This document shows, one piece after another, positions 1-7,702 of a stretch of DNA of 64,000 nucleotides. The number at the start of each line of letters is the position of its first letter. Position 1 is the stretch's first letter. Below the pieces are notes generated by a model. The model ran no database searches and had not been told where the DNA came from. It worked only from the letters and a program-made list of their open reading frames with translations. Origin of the DNA: Escherichia phage HMD-9; sequence record PV287714.1, one strand, 5' to 3'. The translations under genes were made by a program, and so were the position numbers.

Positions 1-631
<631 letters not shown>

Positions 632-1087
632 TTAAAAGAGGCTGTTCATTATTCGGTAAAGTGAAGGACCCATCACATATTGCCACTGAGTACGAGGAAT
701 AAGAGCAAAAGCGTCCATCTCTGGAATCATAACGCCATCTTTATTTTCAAAATAAGACTCACAATGGCAATTTCTAAACATCTCATGCTCTACTGGAATC
801 GTATAATAAAATAACTGTAAGTCTTTATTACTAGAATATTTAAATACACCTAGGTCTTCTAGAAGGTCTGGATTATAATTGCTAAAACCAGTCTCTTCTA
901 AGCATTCTCTTCGTGCTGCATCTAGTGCGCTTAAATCAGAGTTTTCTACGCGACCCTTTGGAATATCCCAGCGATGTGCCATCATTCCAGGCTTACGAGA
1001 ACCAGTAACCCGACCCATAAATAAATCTTTATCTTCTGTCATAAAGATAATACCAGCTGATAAGGGTTTCATTTTAATTTCCTGCAT
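632..1087 (-). CDS. nudE: Nudix hydrolase (T4 e.1/NudE-like)
   Basis: 151 aa; Nudix box GRVENSDLSALDAARRECLEETGF; immediately upstream of e as in T4. Confidence 0.85.
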   Translation of the reverse strand: MQEIKMKPLSAGIIFMTEDKDLFMGRVTGSRKPGMMAHRWDIPKGRVENSDLSALDAARRECLEETGFSNYNPDLLEDLGVFKYSSNKDLQLFYYTIPVEHEMFRNCHCESYFENKDGVMIPEMDAFALIPRTQWQYVMGPSLYRIMNSLF

Positions 1088-1557
1088 TCAGTGATAAAGT
1101 TATTTAAATTTTGAGCATATTTCTTTTCATCAAAAATCTTTTGCTGTCTGCGTAAACGCCATGGCATTTCAATGAACATACGCCATATTCCTGATAATAC
1201 TGCTGCTGTAAAAATATTAACAAGTATAGTTAAAAGAATCCAATCGCCTATTCTGTCCATTGGATTTTTTATAAAAAAGTAAAATACGAATGATGATATA
1301 GGAAGACTAATGATATACCACAGAAGAACCTTCTTATCTGTGAACCAATCAGCATTTGTTAACTTAGCGCAACCATTTTGAATACACACGAATTTATCAT
1401 CTGTTACAGTAAATGGCTTAGCTGCTTGATATCCCATTCTAAACTCCCTAATTAATCGTTTCTTTGTATCTTCGGAACAACCATTCCAGTCAACTCTATC
1501 AACTGGAATGCCATCATCCCCATCATCTAAATCATACCAGCGAGTTTTTAAAATCAT
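1069..1557 (-). CDS. hypothetical membrane protein (e.2 position), two predicted TM helices
   Basis: 162 aa ORF; hydrophobic stretches LLWYIISLPISSFVFYFFI and WILLTILVNIFTAAVLSGIW; ATGA-coupled to neighbours. Confidence 0.6.
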   Translation of the reverse strand: MILKTRWYDLDDGDDGIPVDRVDWNGCSEDTKKRLIREFRMGYQAAKPFTVTDDKFVCIQNGCAKLTNADWFTDKKVLLWYIISLPISSFVFYFFIKNPMDRIGDWILLTILVNIFTAAVLSGIWRMFIEMPWRLRRQQKIFDEKKYAQNLNNFITECRKLK

Positions 1558-1916
1558 TTAATTTTCCTACAATCACTCACAAACTCTTTCACTGATTCAT
1601 TTTCAATATAAGACATGTAGTTGTTATATTCTTTTAATTGTATTTTGTAATCCTTTTTTCTTTGCCAATTTATTTTAAAATTATCATAATGAAAATATAA
1701 TATAATACCAAAAAATGAAAACAATGAAATAATTTTGGTATAGTGAAGTTCACTCCAAACTTCTGTTATATTTACTGTGCCGTCGATGTTTAAAATAAGA
1801 CAGTCAATTAACAATCCAAAAAGACTACCCGCAAGAGCTGCAGCCAACGCCACAGCAAAAATTAAAAATGACTCAGGAAGCGAATATTTGACTTTATTTA
1901 GTTTTGGCTTTTGCAT
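1554..1916 (-). CDS. hypothetical small membrane protein (two TM helices)
   Basis: 120 aa ORF, ATG start at 1916-1914, ATGA overlap with downstream ORF. Confidence 0.6.
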   Translation of the reverse strand: MQKPKLNKVKYSLPESFLIFAVALAAALAGSLFGLLIDCLILNIDGTVNITEVWSELHYTKIISLFSFFGIILYFHYDNFKINWQRKKDYKIQLKEYNNYMSYIENESVKEFVSDCRKIK

Positions 1917-2290
1917 CGTGATTCCTTAACAAATTTCATAATTTCATCAAATTCATACATATCAAGTTTAAGCTGGTGTTCCTTTTTAATCTTTTTACAC
2001 TGTGCTTTCCAATCACGTACGCGTTTACGATAATGTCTTCCTTGATACCAGTATCCTACCCAATTTACAGGTACTAATAAAAATGGAATTATTAATGGAA
2101 GAATTAGCATTAACACAAGTATTTCACCAGAATCAATATCAGTCATAACATCTAAAACACCTCCAATAATCAATAGAATTACAAATGATATGAGTATAAC
2201 AGGACCTATTAACACATCAGTAGGAATTAGCTGGCGCTTTAGTTCATACTTCAAAGGTTTACTTGGAAGGTATAGTGATGGCTTTGACAT
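1898..2290 (-). CDS. hypothetical small membrane protein (two TM helices)
   Basis: ORF-track start at 2311 is TTG; first ATG with SD (AGGAATGTAGAGAAT-ATG) is at 2290, giving MSKPSLYLPSKPL.. Confidence 0.55.
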   Translation of the reverse strand: MSKPSLYLPSKPLKYELKRQLIPTDVLIGPVILISFVILLIIGGVLDVMTDIDSGEILVLMLILPLIIPFLLVPVNWVGYWYQGRHYRKRVRDWKAQCKKIKKEHQLKLDMYEFDEIMKFVKESRCKSQN

Positions 2291-2867
2291 ATTCTCTACA
2301 TTCCTTAACAAATTTTTCTAGTAATAAATCGCTTTCAAAACTAGGATTTTCCACGAATTTATCAAAAAGATCATCAACAATATTCAAGATATTCCTTTTA
2401 CTAAGAATACATTTATTTTCATGCTTCGTTTCAGAGTCAATTATAAGAGTAAAGAAATATTTCTTTCCCTGAAATTTTACTGTAGTATCAATATAAAATA
2501 AATTTGACTTTTGTAAATTACGTTTAAACCATGCGTCGCTTAAACTATAAACACCGAGATAATCAAAATCGTCGTTTAAATAACAAACTGACCATTCAGG
2601 AGAAATGAAATCAGTAAATTCAACATCAAAATCACATGTTAATGAATGAATTGATTCAATACTTTTAATGAGTATTCCAGGGCGTATTAAAGACTTTTTA
2701 CCTCTGGAAAATCTTCCAGAAAGACTTTCATCAGTTTCATATGAAGACCCCCAATAATAATTACGTCCTTCTGCCATACGTTTAAGAGCATTTAGTAATT
2801 GATCTGGAACATCAACATGTCTTTTGAACTCTTCAAACATTGAATTGAAATCACTTTGCATTTTCAT
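2259..2867 (-). CDS. hypothetical protein (e.x accessory block)
   Basis: 202 aa ORF with ATG start; no recognisable motif. Confidence 0.6.
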   Translation of the reverse strand: MKMQSDFNSMFEEFKRHVDVPDQLLNALKRMAEGRNYYWGSSYETDESLSGRFSRGKKSLIRPGILIKSIESIHSLTCDFDVEFTDFISPEWSVCYLNDDFDYLGVYSLSDAWFKRNLQKSNLFYIDTTVKFQGKKYFFTLIIDSETKHENKCILSKRNILNIVDDLFDKFVENPSFESDLLLEKFVKECREYVKAITIPSK

Positions 2868-2888
2868 TCCTATTTACTCCAAGTAATA

Positions 2889-2902
2889 GGGGCCGAAGCC
2901 CC
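2889..2902. repeat. GC hairpin GGGGCCGAAGCCCC (UUCG tetraloop on the minus-strand transcript), copy 1 of 3
   Basis: perfect 5-bp GC stem plus 4-nt loop; identical 14-mer at 43312-43325 and 62630-62643. Confidence 0.6.
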
Positions 2903-2908
2903 TTATCA

Positions 2909-3502
2909 TTATTTCAGAGAATTAATATATTCCTGGACATCGGCAGAGGTAGTTTCAACCCCAGAAATATTGCCGTTAAAAGTTTCAACTCGAGCAAGGG
3001 TATCTTCAATATCAACCTTAGTCAGTGCTGCAATTTCAACTACATCATCGGCAGTACTAATTCCAAGGGCATTTGCCGCACGAGTTTCACGGATATATTC
3101 CAATTTAACTGCAAGTTCTTGGCGAGCATCATCTAACTCAACTACTTTCTTGGCGATTTCAATTCGCATTTCAGCATAACCGTCAGCTTTAGTAGTCAAT
3201 TGCTCAGCTGTTCGACGATATAGCAAACCGAGTTTAGCGTGCATTGTTACATCTTGACCTTCGGAAAGAAGTTTACGAATTTCACGCTCTTTTGATTCGG
3301 CTTGTCGATTCTTTTCAATAACAAGTTCACGAATACGTTTTTCTTCATTAATAGATTTAACAGAAGCAGTTTTTAAGTCTTTAATCTTATCAAGTAGTTT
3401 TGCTGCTGCAGCAGTATACTGTTCTTCAACAGATAGATTTTTAGCCATAGCAGAACCAAGTTTAGTGCGAATAAACTCAACAATTTTCTTCAGTGTGTTC
3501 AT
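2909..3502 (-). CDS. coiled-coil protein, possible PspA/IM30-like
   Basis: 197 aa; ATG with SD AAGGAAA; long charged heptad-like helices ([27 protein letters not shown]..) resembling PspA by eye only. Confidence 0.5.
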   Translation of the reverse strand: MNTLKKIVEFIRTKLGSAMAKNLSVEEQYTAAAAKLLDKIKDLKTASVKSINEEKRIRELVIEKNRQAESKEREIRKLLSEGQDVTMHAKLGLLYRRTAEQLTTKADGYAEMRIEIAKKVVELDDARQELAVKLEYIRETRAANALGISTADDVVEIAALTKVDIEDTLARVETFNGNISGVETTSADVQEYINSLK

Positions 3503-3546
3503 AGTATTTCCTTAGGTTAATTAAGATTTAAAAATCCGTGAGAATA

Positions 3547-3723
3547 TTATATTTCAAAGAGTTTATAAACTATTTCAACATCTCCTTTTGCCGCTTTATA
3601 ACCTTCAGCCCAAGATACAACCAAGTTTTTATCTGAAGATTCAAAGTCAGGCATTGGACTTTCATCAATGTTCACACAGTATGTTTCTTCATTTTCGTCA
3701 AACCAAATAGTTAAAATAGTCAT
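3547..3723 (-). CDS. small hypothetical protein (58 aa)
   Basis: ORF below the track cutoff; SD GGAGAAATAA before ATG at 3723-3721; MTILTIWFDENEETYCVNIDESPMPDF.. Confidence 0.4.
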   Translation of the reverse strand: MTILTIWFDENEETYCVNIDESPMPDFESSDKNLVVSWAEGYKAAKGDVEIVYKLFEI

Positions 3724-3791
3724 TTATTTCTCCGCTTCTGTGATTGTTTTGATAAATCTATAATAACACCGTCCTTGGCGTTTGTACACAA

Positions 3792-4055
3792 TTATTTCAT
3801 ATTATTGAAATATTCTTCTGCGATTTCGTCGTTATCATGGTAAACTTTAGAAGACAGTTTAACATAACCTTCAGCAGTGAACATGTTAATCACAACCTTT
3901 ACAGTATACCACTGACCGTCTTCATTACCCATTACTGCGTAAGTTTCAAACATCGGATGGTCAGGACCGATAACTTTAATATCATTCACTGTACGACCGA
4001 AATCTTCTGAAACGCATTTCATAAAGAAGTTGAACAGTTCGCCGTAATTATCCAT
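3792..4055 (-). CDS. hypothetical protein
   Basis: ORF-track start 4109 lies inside the upstream promoter; ATG at 4055 follows SD GGAGAATGAA (MDNYGELFNFF..). Confidence 0.5.
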   Translation of the reverse strand: MDNYGELFNFFMKCVSEDFGRTVNDIKVIGPDHPMFETYAVMGNEDGQWYTVKVVINMFTAEGYVKLSSKVYHDNDEIAEEYFNNMK

Positions 4056-4099
4056 TTCATTCTCCAAGTTGTTTTTCTGTATCAGTAGTTGATAGTTGT

Positions 4100-4129
4100 A
4101 TAGTACCACGGAAGAACATGGATGTAAAC
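4100..4129 (-). promoter_or_regulatory. T4 early-type sigma70 promoter (-35 GTTTAC, 18-nt spacer, -10 TACTAT)
   Basis: minus-sense GTTTAC-N18-TACTAT upstream of ORF 3792-4055. Confidence 0.5.
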
Positions 4130-4261
4130 AGTTTTGTGAAAAAAATTTTAAAAAGTTTTGGGGAATTCTAGGGCAGGGAGGGGCAATTAAAGGATAGGAT
4201 AATATATTATAAAGGATAGAAACTAAATGATGCCTAGAGAGGCCCAGAAAGGTCTAGATGC

Positions 4262-4288
4262 CAAAAAAGCCCTATCATTTAGATAGGG
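4262..4288 (-). terminator. rho-independent terminator after ORF 4297-4860
   Basis: hairpin CCCTATC/GATAGGG followed by U-run on the minus-sense transcript. Confidence 0.5.
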
Positions 4289-4296
4289 ATTTAAAA

Positions 4297-4860
4297 TTAT
4301 TTGCTTAGTTTAGTTATTATAGCTTCTGCGGCAGCTTTTAGCTTAGATGCGGTGTTAATACGATTTTTAATTTCAGTATACGCATCGCCAAGAACATCAA
4401 GGCTATCAGAATAAACACTTACACTATTGCGTTCGCTATTTGAAATAGAACCTTTAGTTTTACGATCAAAATCGGTATACACGTCTTGAAGATCGCGGGC
4501 TGCCTTCTTTGCATCATCCAATGCGTCAAGAGCTTTATTCAAAGCATTAACATATTTTTTAGTGTCAAACATATTCTTAGAAATTTTAACAGGTGCACGT
4601 TCAGGAGTAGCTAATGCAGATTTAGGAACCTGAGCGCCAGATGCCAATTTCTTAGAAATTTTGAAAAATGCTTTATTGAATTTATTTTCTTGACTCATTG
4701 TAAAAGAACTATTATCGATGTTGTACATTTCAATAGCTTTAGCTTTCCACTTAAGAAAATCGCCGCGGTCTTTTGGATCCAAGTGGAAGAATACTTTAGT
4801 AAGATCTGCTTCAGATGGTAATTTTGCTGCTTCGGTTAAAAATTCGGCATAGGTTTTCAT
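4297..4860 (-). CDS. internal-protein-like protein with capsid-targeting sequence
   Basis: 187 aa; N-terminus MKTYAEFLTE|AAKL fits the CTS pattern with a gp21-type cleavage context (LxE). Confidence 0.65.
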   Translation of the reverse strand: MKTYAEFLTEAAKLPSEADLTKVFFHLDPKDRGDFLKWKAKAIEMYNIDNSSFTMSQENKFNKAFFKISKKLASGAQVPKSALATPERAPVKISKNMFDTKKYVNALNKALDALDDAKKAARDLQDVYTDFDRKTKGSISNSERNSVSVYSDSLDVLGDAYTEIKNRINTASKLKAAAEAIITKLSK

Positions 4861-4949
4861 TTAAAATCCTTGAAATAATTTATCGGTTGGTTATTAATTA
4901 TTTATTACTTTGTTATTATCCGTAACAGCATTCTCTATGTGATTCAAAC

Positions 4950-4977
4950 TAAAAAGCCCTAACCTTTCGGTCAGGGT
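4950..4977 (-). terminator. rho-independent terminator (GAAA tetraloop hairpin plus U-run)
   Basis: minus-sense CCCUGACC-GAAA-GGUUAGGG then CUUUUU; near-identical to the hairpin at 5509-5536. Confidence 0.6.
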
Positions 4978-4985
4978 TAAGAATG

Positions 4986-5459
4986 TTATTTGATTTGTTT
5001 AGCAGACCAAATGCGGTCTTTAATAATTTTTTGGATGTCTTCAACATACTCTAGGTCATGAGCATGTGGGTTGTCTTTGAAACTATAAGCACGGGCTAAC
5101 TTTTGGCCTTCGGTTTTGATTACTAAAAGCTCTTTAAGGATAGCTTCATATTTAGCGATAATTCCTTTAACAATATTTTTTTCTTGTGCAGCTTTAGGAT
5201 CCGCTTTAGGAGCAGGTTTACCGGAAGGTTTTTCGAAAGCCGCACCAGTAGCAACCAGGCTTTTCCAGGCGGTGGTAACATAGTTACCCACAAAGCCTTC
5301 AGCTCTCATATCGTCGTAGAACTTGTACCGGGATTCGTCAGAAGCATCTTTATAAGAATATTTACCAGCTTTAATAGCAGCAGTTGCTACAGCGCGAACA
5401 TCTGAAGCGGATGCTTCATTTAACGCCACTTCATTTAAAAATTGAGCATATGATTTCAT
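4986..5459 (-). CDS. internal-protein-like protein with capsid-targeting sequence
   Basis: 157 aa; N-terminus MKSYAQFLNE|VALNE fits the CTS pattern. Confidence 0.65.
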   Translation of the reverse strand: MKSYAQFLNEVALNEASASDVRAVATAAIKAGKYSYKDASDESRYKFYDDMRAEGFVGNYVTTAWKSLVATGAAFEKPSGKPAPKADPKAAQEKNIVKGIIAKYEAILKELLVIKTEGQKLARAYSFKDNPHAHDLEYVEDIQKIIKDRIWSAKQIK

Positions 5460-5499
5460 CTTATTTCCTGTTTTAATTCGTGATTTAATACACTACTAT

Positions 5500-5507
5500 A
5501 TTTATAC
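5500..5507 (-). promoter_or_regulatory. T4 late promoter core TATAAATA
   Basis: minus-sense TATAAATA about 40 nt upstream of ATG 5459. Confidence 0.55.
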
Positions 5508-5508
5508 T

Positions 5509-5536
5509 AAAAAGCCCCAACCTTTCGGTCGGGGCT
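5509..5536 (-). terminator. rho-independent terminator ending the tRNA operon
   Basis: minus-sense CCCCGACC-GAAA-GGUUGGGG then CUUUUU. Confidence 0.6.
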
Positions 5537-5584
5537 AAGCCTTGCGGCAACCTTGTCGGGGTTCCACCTGCTAAGGCAAGTGTT

Positions 5585-5846
5585 TGTACGAAACGCCGGG
5601 ATTCGAACCCGGTTATTAAGCAGTTGACGCTACTCAATATTTTAAAAGGCCATATCTCGACCATATCCGAACGTTCCGTCAAAAACGCTACTCGGCTTAC
5701 GGCAAAGATATTTCCTCGAATCGATAATTCGGTGCGCCGTTTCAGCTGTGATAGTAAAGAACCAGAACACAGTAAAACTGTGGGAGGAACTATACTCCAT
5801 GGAACATCAGTCCGACGACTTACCGGTAGCGACCCGGTTTCTTGTT
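5585..5846 (-). ncRNA. ORF-free structured tract inside the tRNA operon; candidate stable small RNA(s) (T4 species 1/2-like)
   Basis: canonical T-arm CCGGGTTCGAATCCCGG at 5596-5612; 3' strand CGTTTCG can pair with TGAAACG about 150 nt upstream; bounded by tRNA-Arg and the operon terminator. Confidence 0.35.
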
Positions 5847-5922
5847 TGGTCGAGGCAGTAGGGGTCGAACCTACGACCTAGGACTTAGAAGGTCCTTGCT
5901 CTTCCTTCTGAGCTATGCCTCG
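5847..5922 (-). tRNA. tRNA-Arg (anticodon UCU)
   Basis: cloverleaf by hand: acceptor CGAGGCA/TGCCTCG, D-arm GCTC..GAGC, anticodon loop CTTCTAA, T-arm GTAGG-TTCGACC-CCTAC, CCA encoded. Confidence 0.85.
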
Positions 5923-5926
5923 GATT

Positions 5927-6001
5927 TGGCGGACATGCATGGATTCGAACCATGGACCAATTGATTAACAGTCAACTGCTCTACCACTGAGCTACACATC
6001 C
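5927..6001 (-). tRNA. tRNA-Asn (anticodon GUU)
   Basis: acceptor GGATGTG/CATGTCC (two G-U pairs), D-arm GCTC-AGTGGTA-GAGC, anticodon loop CTGTTAA, T-arm CATGG-TTCGAAT-CCATG, CCA encoded. Confidence 0.75.
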
Positions 6002-6005
6002 AAAT

Positions 6006-6092
6006 TGGTGGGGAGTGATGGAGTCGAACCACCCGAGTCGCAATGACAATGGATTTACAGTCCACACCGCTACCTCTACGGGATAACTCCCC
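6006..6092 (-). tRNA. tRNA-like gene, probable type-II tRNA-Tyr (anticodon GUA) with irregular D-arm
   Basis: acceptor GGGGAGT/ACTCCCC, anticodon stem-loop TGGA-CTGTAAA-TCCA, long variable arm, T-arm GGTGG-TTCGACT-CCATC, CCA encoded; D-arm pairing is non-canonical. Confidence 0.5.
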
Positions 6093-6101
6093 TAATTAAT
6101 T

Positions 6102-6176
6102 TGGTGGCCCTGGGTGGAATTGAACCACCATCTGGCGATTATGAGTCGCTTGCTTGAACCTTCCAGCTACAGGGCC
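6102..6176 (-). tRNA. tRNA with anticodon CAU (Ile2/lysidine type by T4 position; Met not excluded)
   Basis: acceptor GGCCCTG/CAGGGCC, anticodon loop CTCATAA, T-arm GGTGG-TTCAATT-CCACC, CCA encoded; 1 nt from tRNA-Thr. Confidence 0.8.
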
Positions 6177-6177
6177 T

Positions 6178-6253
6178 TGGTGCTGATTGACGGAATCGAA
6201 CCGCCGACCTTCTCATTACAAGTGAGTTGCTCTACCTACTGAGCTAAATCAGC
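6178..6253 (-). tRNA. tRNA-Thr (anticodon UGU)
   Basis: acceptor GCTGATT/AATCAGC, D-arm GCTC-AGTAGGTA-GAGC, anticodon loop CTTGTAA, CCA encoded. Confidence 0.85.
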
Positions 6254-6258
6254 AAAAC

Positions 6259-6348
6259 TGGCGGAGGCGATAGGATTTGAACCTATGAGTCGCCGGAGCG
6301 ACTGCCGGTTTTCAAGACCGGTGCATTAAACCACTCTGCCACGCCTCC
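6259..6348 (-). tRNA. tRNA-Ser (anticodon UGA), type II
   Basis: acceptor GGAGGCG/CGCCTCC, anticodon loop CTTGAAA, long variable arm, T-arm ATAGG-TTCAAAT-CCTAT, CCA encoded. Confidence 0.85.
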
Positions 6349-6350
6349 AG

Positions 6351-6424
6351 TCTCCGTGGCAGGATTTGAACCTGCGACATTCTGCTCCCAAAGCAGACGC
6401 TCTACCAAACTGAGCTACACGGAG
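6351..6424 (-). tRNA. tRNA-Pro (anticodon UGG)
   Basis: acceptor CTCCGTG/CACGGAG, D-arm GCTC-AGTTTGGTA-GAGC, anticodon loop TTTGGGA, T-arm GCAGG-TTCAAAT-CCTGC; CCA not encoded; 2 nt from tRNA-Ser. Confidence 0.85.
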
Positions 6425-6434
6425 TAAATTAAAT

Positions 6435-6508
<74 letters not shown>

Positions 6509-6513
6509 AAATT

Positions 6514-6600
6514 TGGTGCGAGAAGTGGGACTCGAACCCACAAGGAAATCATTCCGCAGCATTTTAAGTGCTGTGCCTTTACCAATTTGACCATTCTCGC
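6514..6600 (-). tRNA. tRNA-Leu (anticodon UAA), type II
   Basis: acceptor GCGAGAA/TTCTCGC, anticodon stem-loop CAGCA-CTTAAAA-TGCTG, long variable arm, T-arm GTGGG-TTCGAGT-CCCAC, CCA encoded. Confidence 0.85.
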
Positions 6601-6601
6601 G

Positions 6602-6674
6602 CTGGGAATAAAGGACTCGAACCTTTGCATCTAGCAGTCAAAGTGCTATGCCTTACCAACTTGGCTAATTCCCA
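6602..6674 (-). tRNA. tRNA-Gln (anticodon UUG)
   Basis: acceptor TGGGAAT/ATTCCCA, anticodon stem-loop TAGCA-CTTTGAC-TGCTA, T-arm AAAGG-TTCGAGT-CCTTT; CCA not encoded; 1 nt from tRNA-Leu. Confidence 0.85.
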
Positions 6675-6771
6675 ATTATTAACAAAGGCTCTCAAACAAG
6701 AACCCTTGATGATAGAGGGTATTAATCGGTGCGATATGAGTTAATAATAACAAATAATTCTTAAAGCATAT

Positions 6772-7059
6772 TTACCATTTATGATAATACATATTTACGA
6801 TGCATTCAAGACCCAAAGGATTCTTGAAAATATCATATTCAAGAGGACCTTTTTCTGTTTCAATAAAGAAATCAAAATTTACTGTATTAAATTTACGGTC
6901 TTCCTTCACTAATTTAACTTGAGAAGATGAACGGTCAATGTAAACCTTTTCAACTTCAAAACATGTTAAAATGCCATAATCATCAATCAAGGCTTTCGCC
7001 GCGTCTTGATCATATTTATATCCATTTTCAATGGATGATACTTTCGCATAAAGAATCAT
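6772..7059 (-). CDS. hypothetical protein
   Basis: 95 aa ORF with ATG start between the tRNA operon and the ipI-like locus. Confidence 0.55.
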   Translation of the reverse strand: MILYAKVSSIENGYKYDQDAAKALIDDYGILTCFEVEKVYIDRSSSQVKLVKEDRKFNTVNFDFFIETEKGPLEYDIFKNPLGLECIVNMYYHKW

Positions 7060-7061
7060 TA

Positions 7062-7445
7062 TCAGCCTTCATCAACAATAGTATGCGTATTGGCATTTAC
7101 GATTTGCCACCAATCAAAGCGATTAGAACCATAATCTGGTTTGTTTTCATTTTCTTTGATAATGTCACGAAGTTCATCTTCAGTAGCGGCTTTCGCGATT
7201 AAATCAGCATATCCACCACGAGGATAATAATTATCACCTGCAAAAAGTAAAAAGTTTGGTTTAATATTATTGAACTCTTCAAGAGTAATAACTTTTCCTG
7301 ATGGTAGTTGAACAATCTCTACATATTTATATCCTAATTTTTGAGCAGCATCTACTGCTTCAAGCAAAGTATCATGAGCCCATCCAATTTGACAACCTGG
7401 CTTTTCAGATGGATTAGCCTGATAATCCGCGTACACTTTATACAT
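7062..7445 (-). CDS. hypothetical protein
   Basis: ORF-track start 7454 is GTG; ATG at 7445 follows SD AGGTGA (MYKVYADYQANPSEK..). Confidence 0.55.
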   Translation of the reverse strand: MYKVYADYQANPSEKPGCQIGWAHDTLLEAVDAAQKLGYKYVEIVQLPSGKVITLEEFNNIKPNFLLFAGDNYYPRGGYADLIAKAATEDELRDIIKENENKPDYGSNRFDWWQIVNANTHTIVDEG

Positions 7446-7446
7446 T

Positions 7447-7632
7447 CTATTCACCTTTAGAAATTTTATCCATAACGATAGCGATTAAACCAATTAAAAA
7501 TGCTACTACAAGTGAAAAAACATTTTCTGCTGTAGTCAATAATCCGCATATAAATCCAACAAACATTGAAAAACTAAAAGCGGAAGCAGAAATTGCAATA
7601 GCAACATTTCGAATTAATTCACAACGTTTCAT
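7447..7632 (-). CDS. small hydrophobic membrane protein (61 aa)
   Basis: SD GGAGAATAAA before ATG; two hydrophobic segments (AIAISASAFSFSMFVGFICGLL, VFSLVVAFLIGLIAIVM). Confidence 0.5.
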   Translation of the reverse strand: MKRCELIRNVAIAISASAFSFSMFVGFICGLLTTAENVFSLVVAFLIGLIAIVMDKISKGE

Positions 7633-7651
7633 TTTATTCTCCTCTGTAGTT

Positions 7652-7679
7652 GATAGGGTAATAGTATCACTACCCTATC
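7652..7679. repeat. stem-loop GATAGGGTA-N10-TACCCTATC of a promoter/stem-loop cassette, copy 1 (complete)
   Basis: perfect 9-bp inverted repeat around ATAGTATCAC; partial copies at 8033-8060 and 8372-8399. Confidence 0.6.
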
Positions 7680-7690
7680 TAAAAGTAAAC
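7661..7690 (-). promoter_or_regulatory. T4 early-type promoter (GTTTAC-N18-TACTAT)
   Basis: minus-sense -35 GTTTAC (7690-7685) and -10 TACTAT (7666-7661) upstream of ORF 7447-7632. Confidence 0.55.
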
Positions 7691-7702
7691 TGTTTTTATA
7701 AA

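Noticed and set aside
5485-5881. ORFs 5485-5682 (minus) and 5624-5881 (plus) in the tRNA region
   Set aside because: They overlap tRNA-Arg and the tRNA-like tract, lack ribosome-binding sites and are better explained as structured RNA
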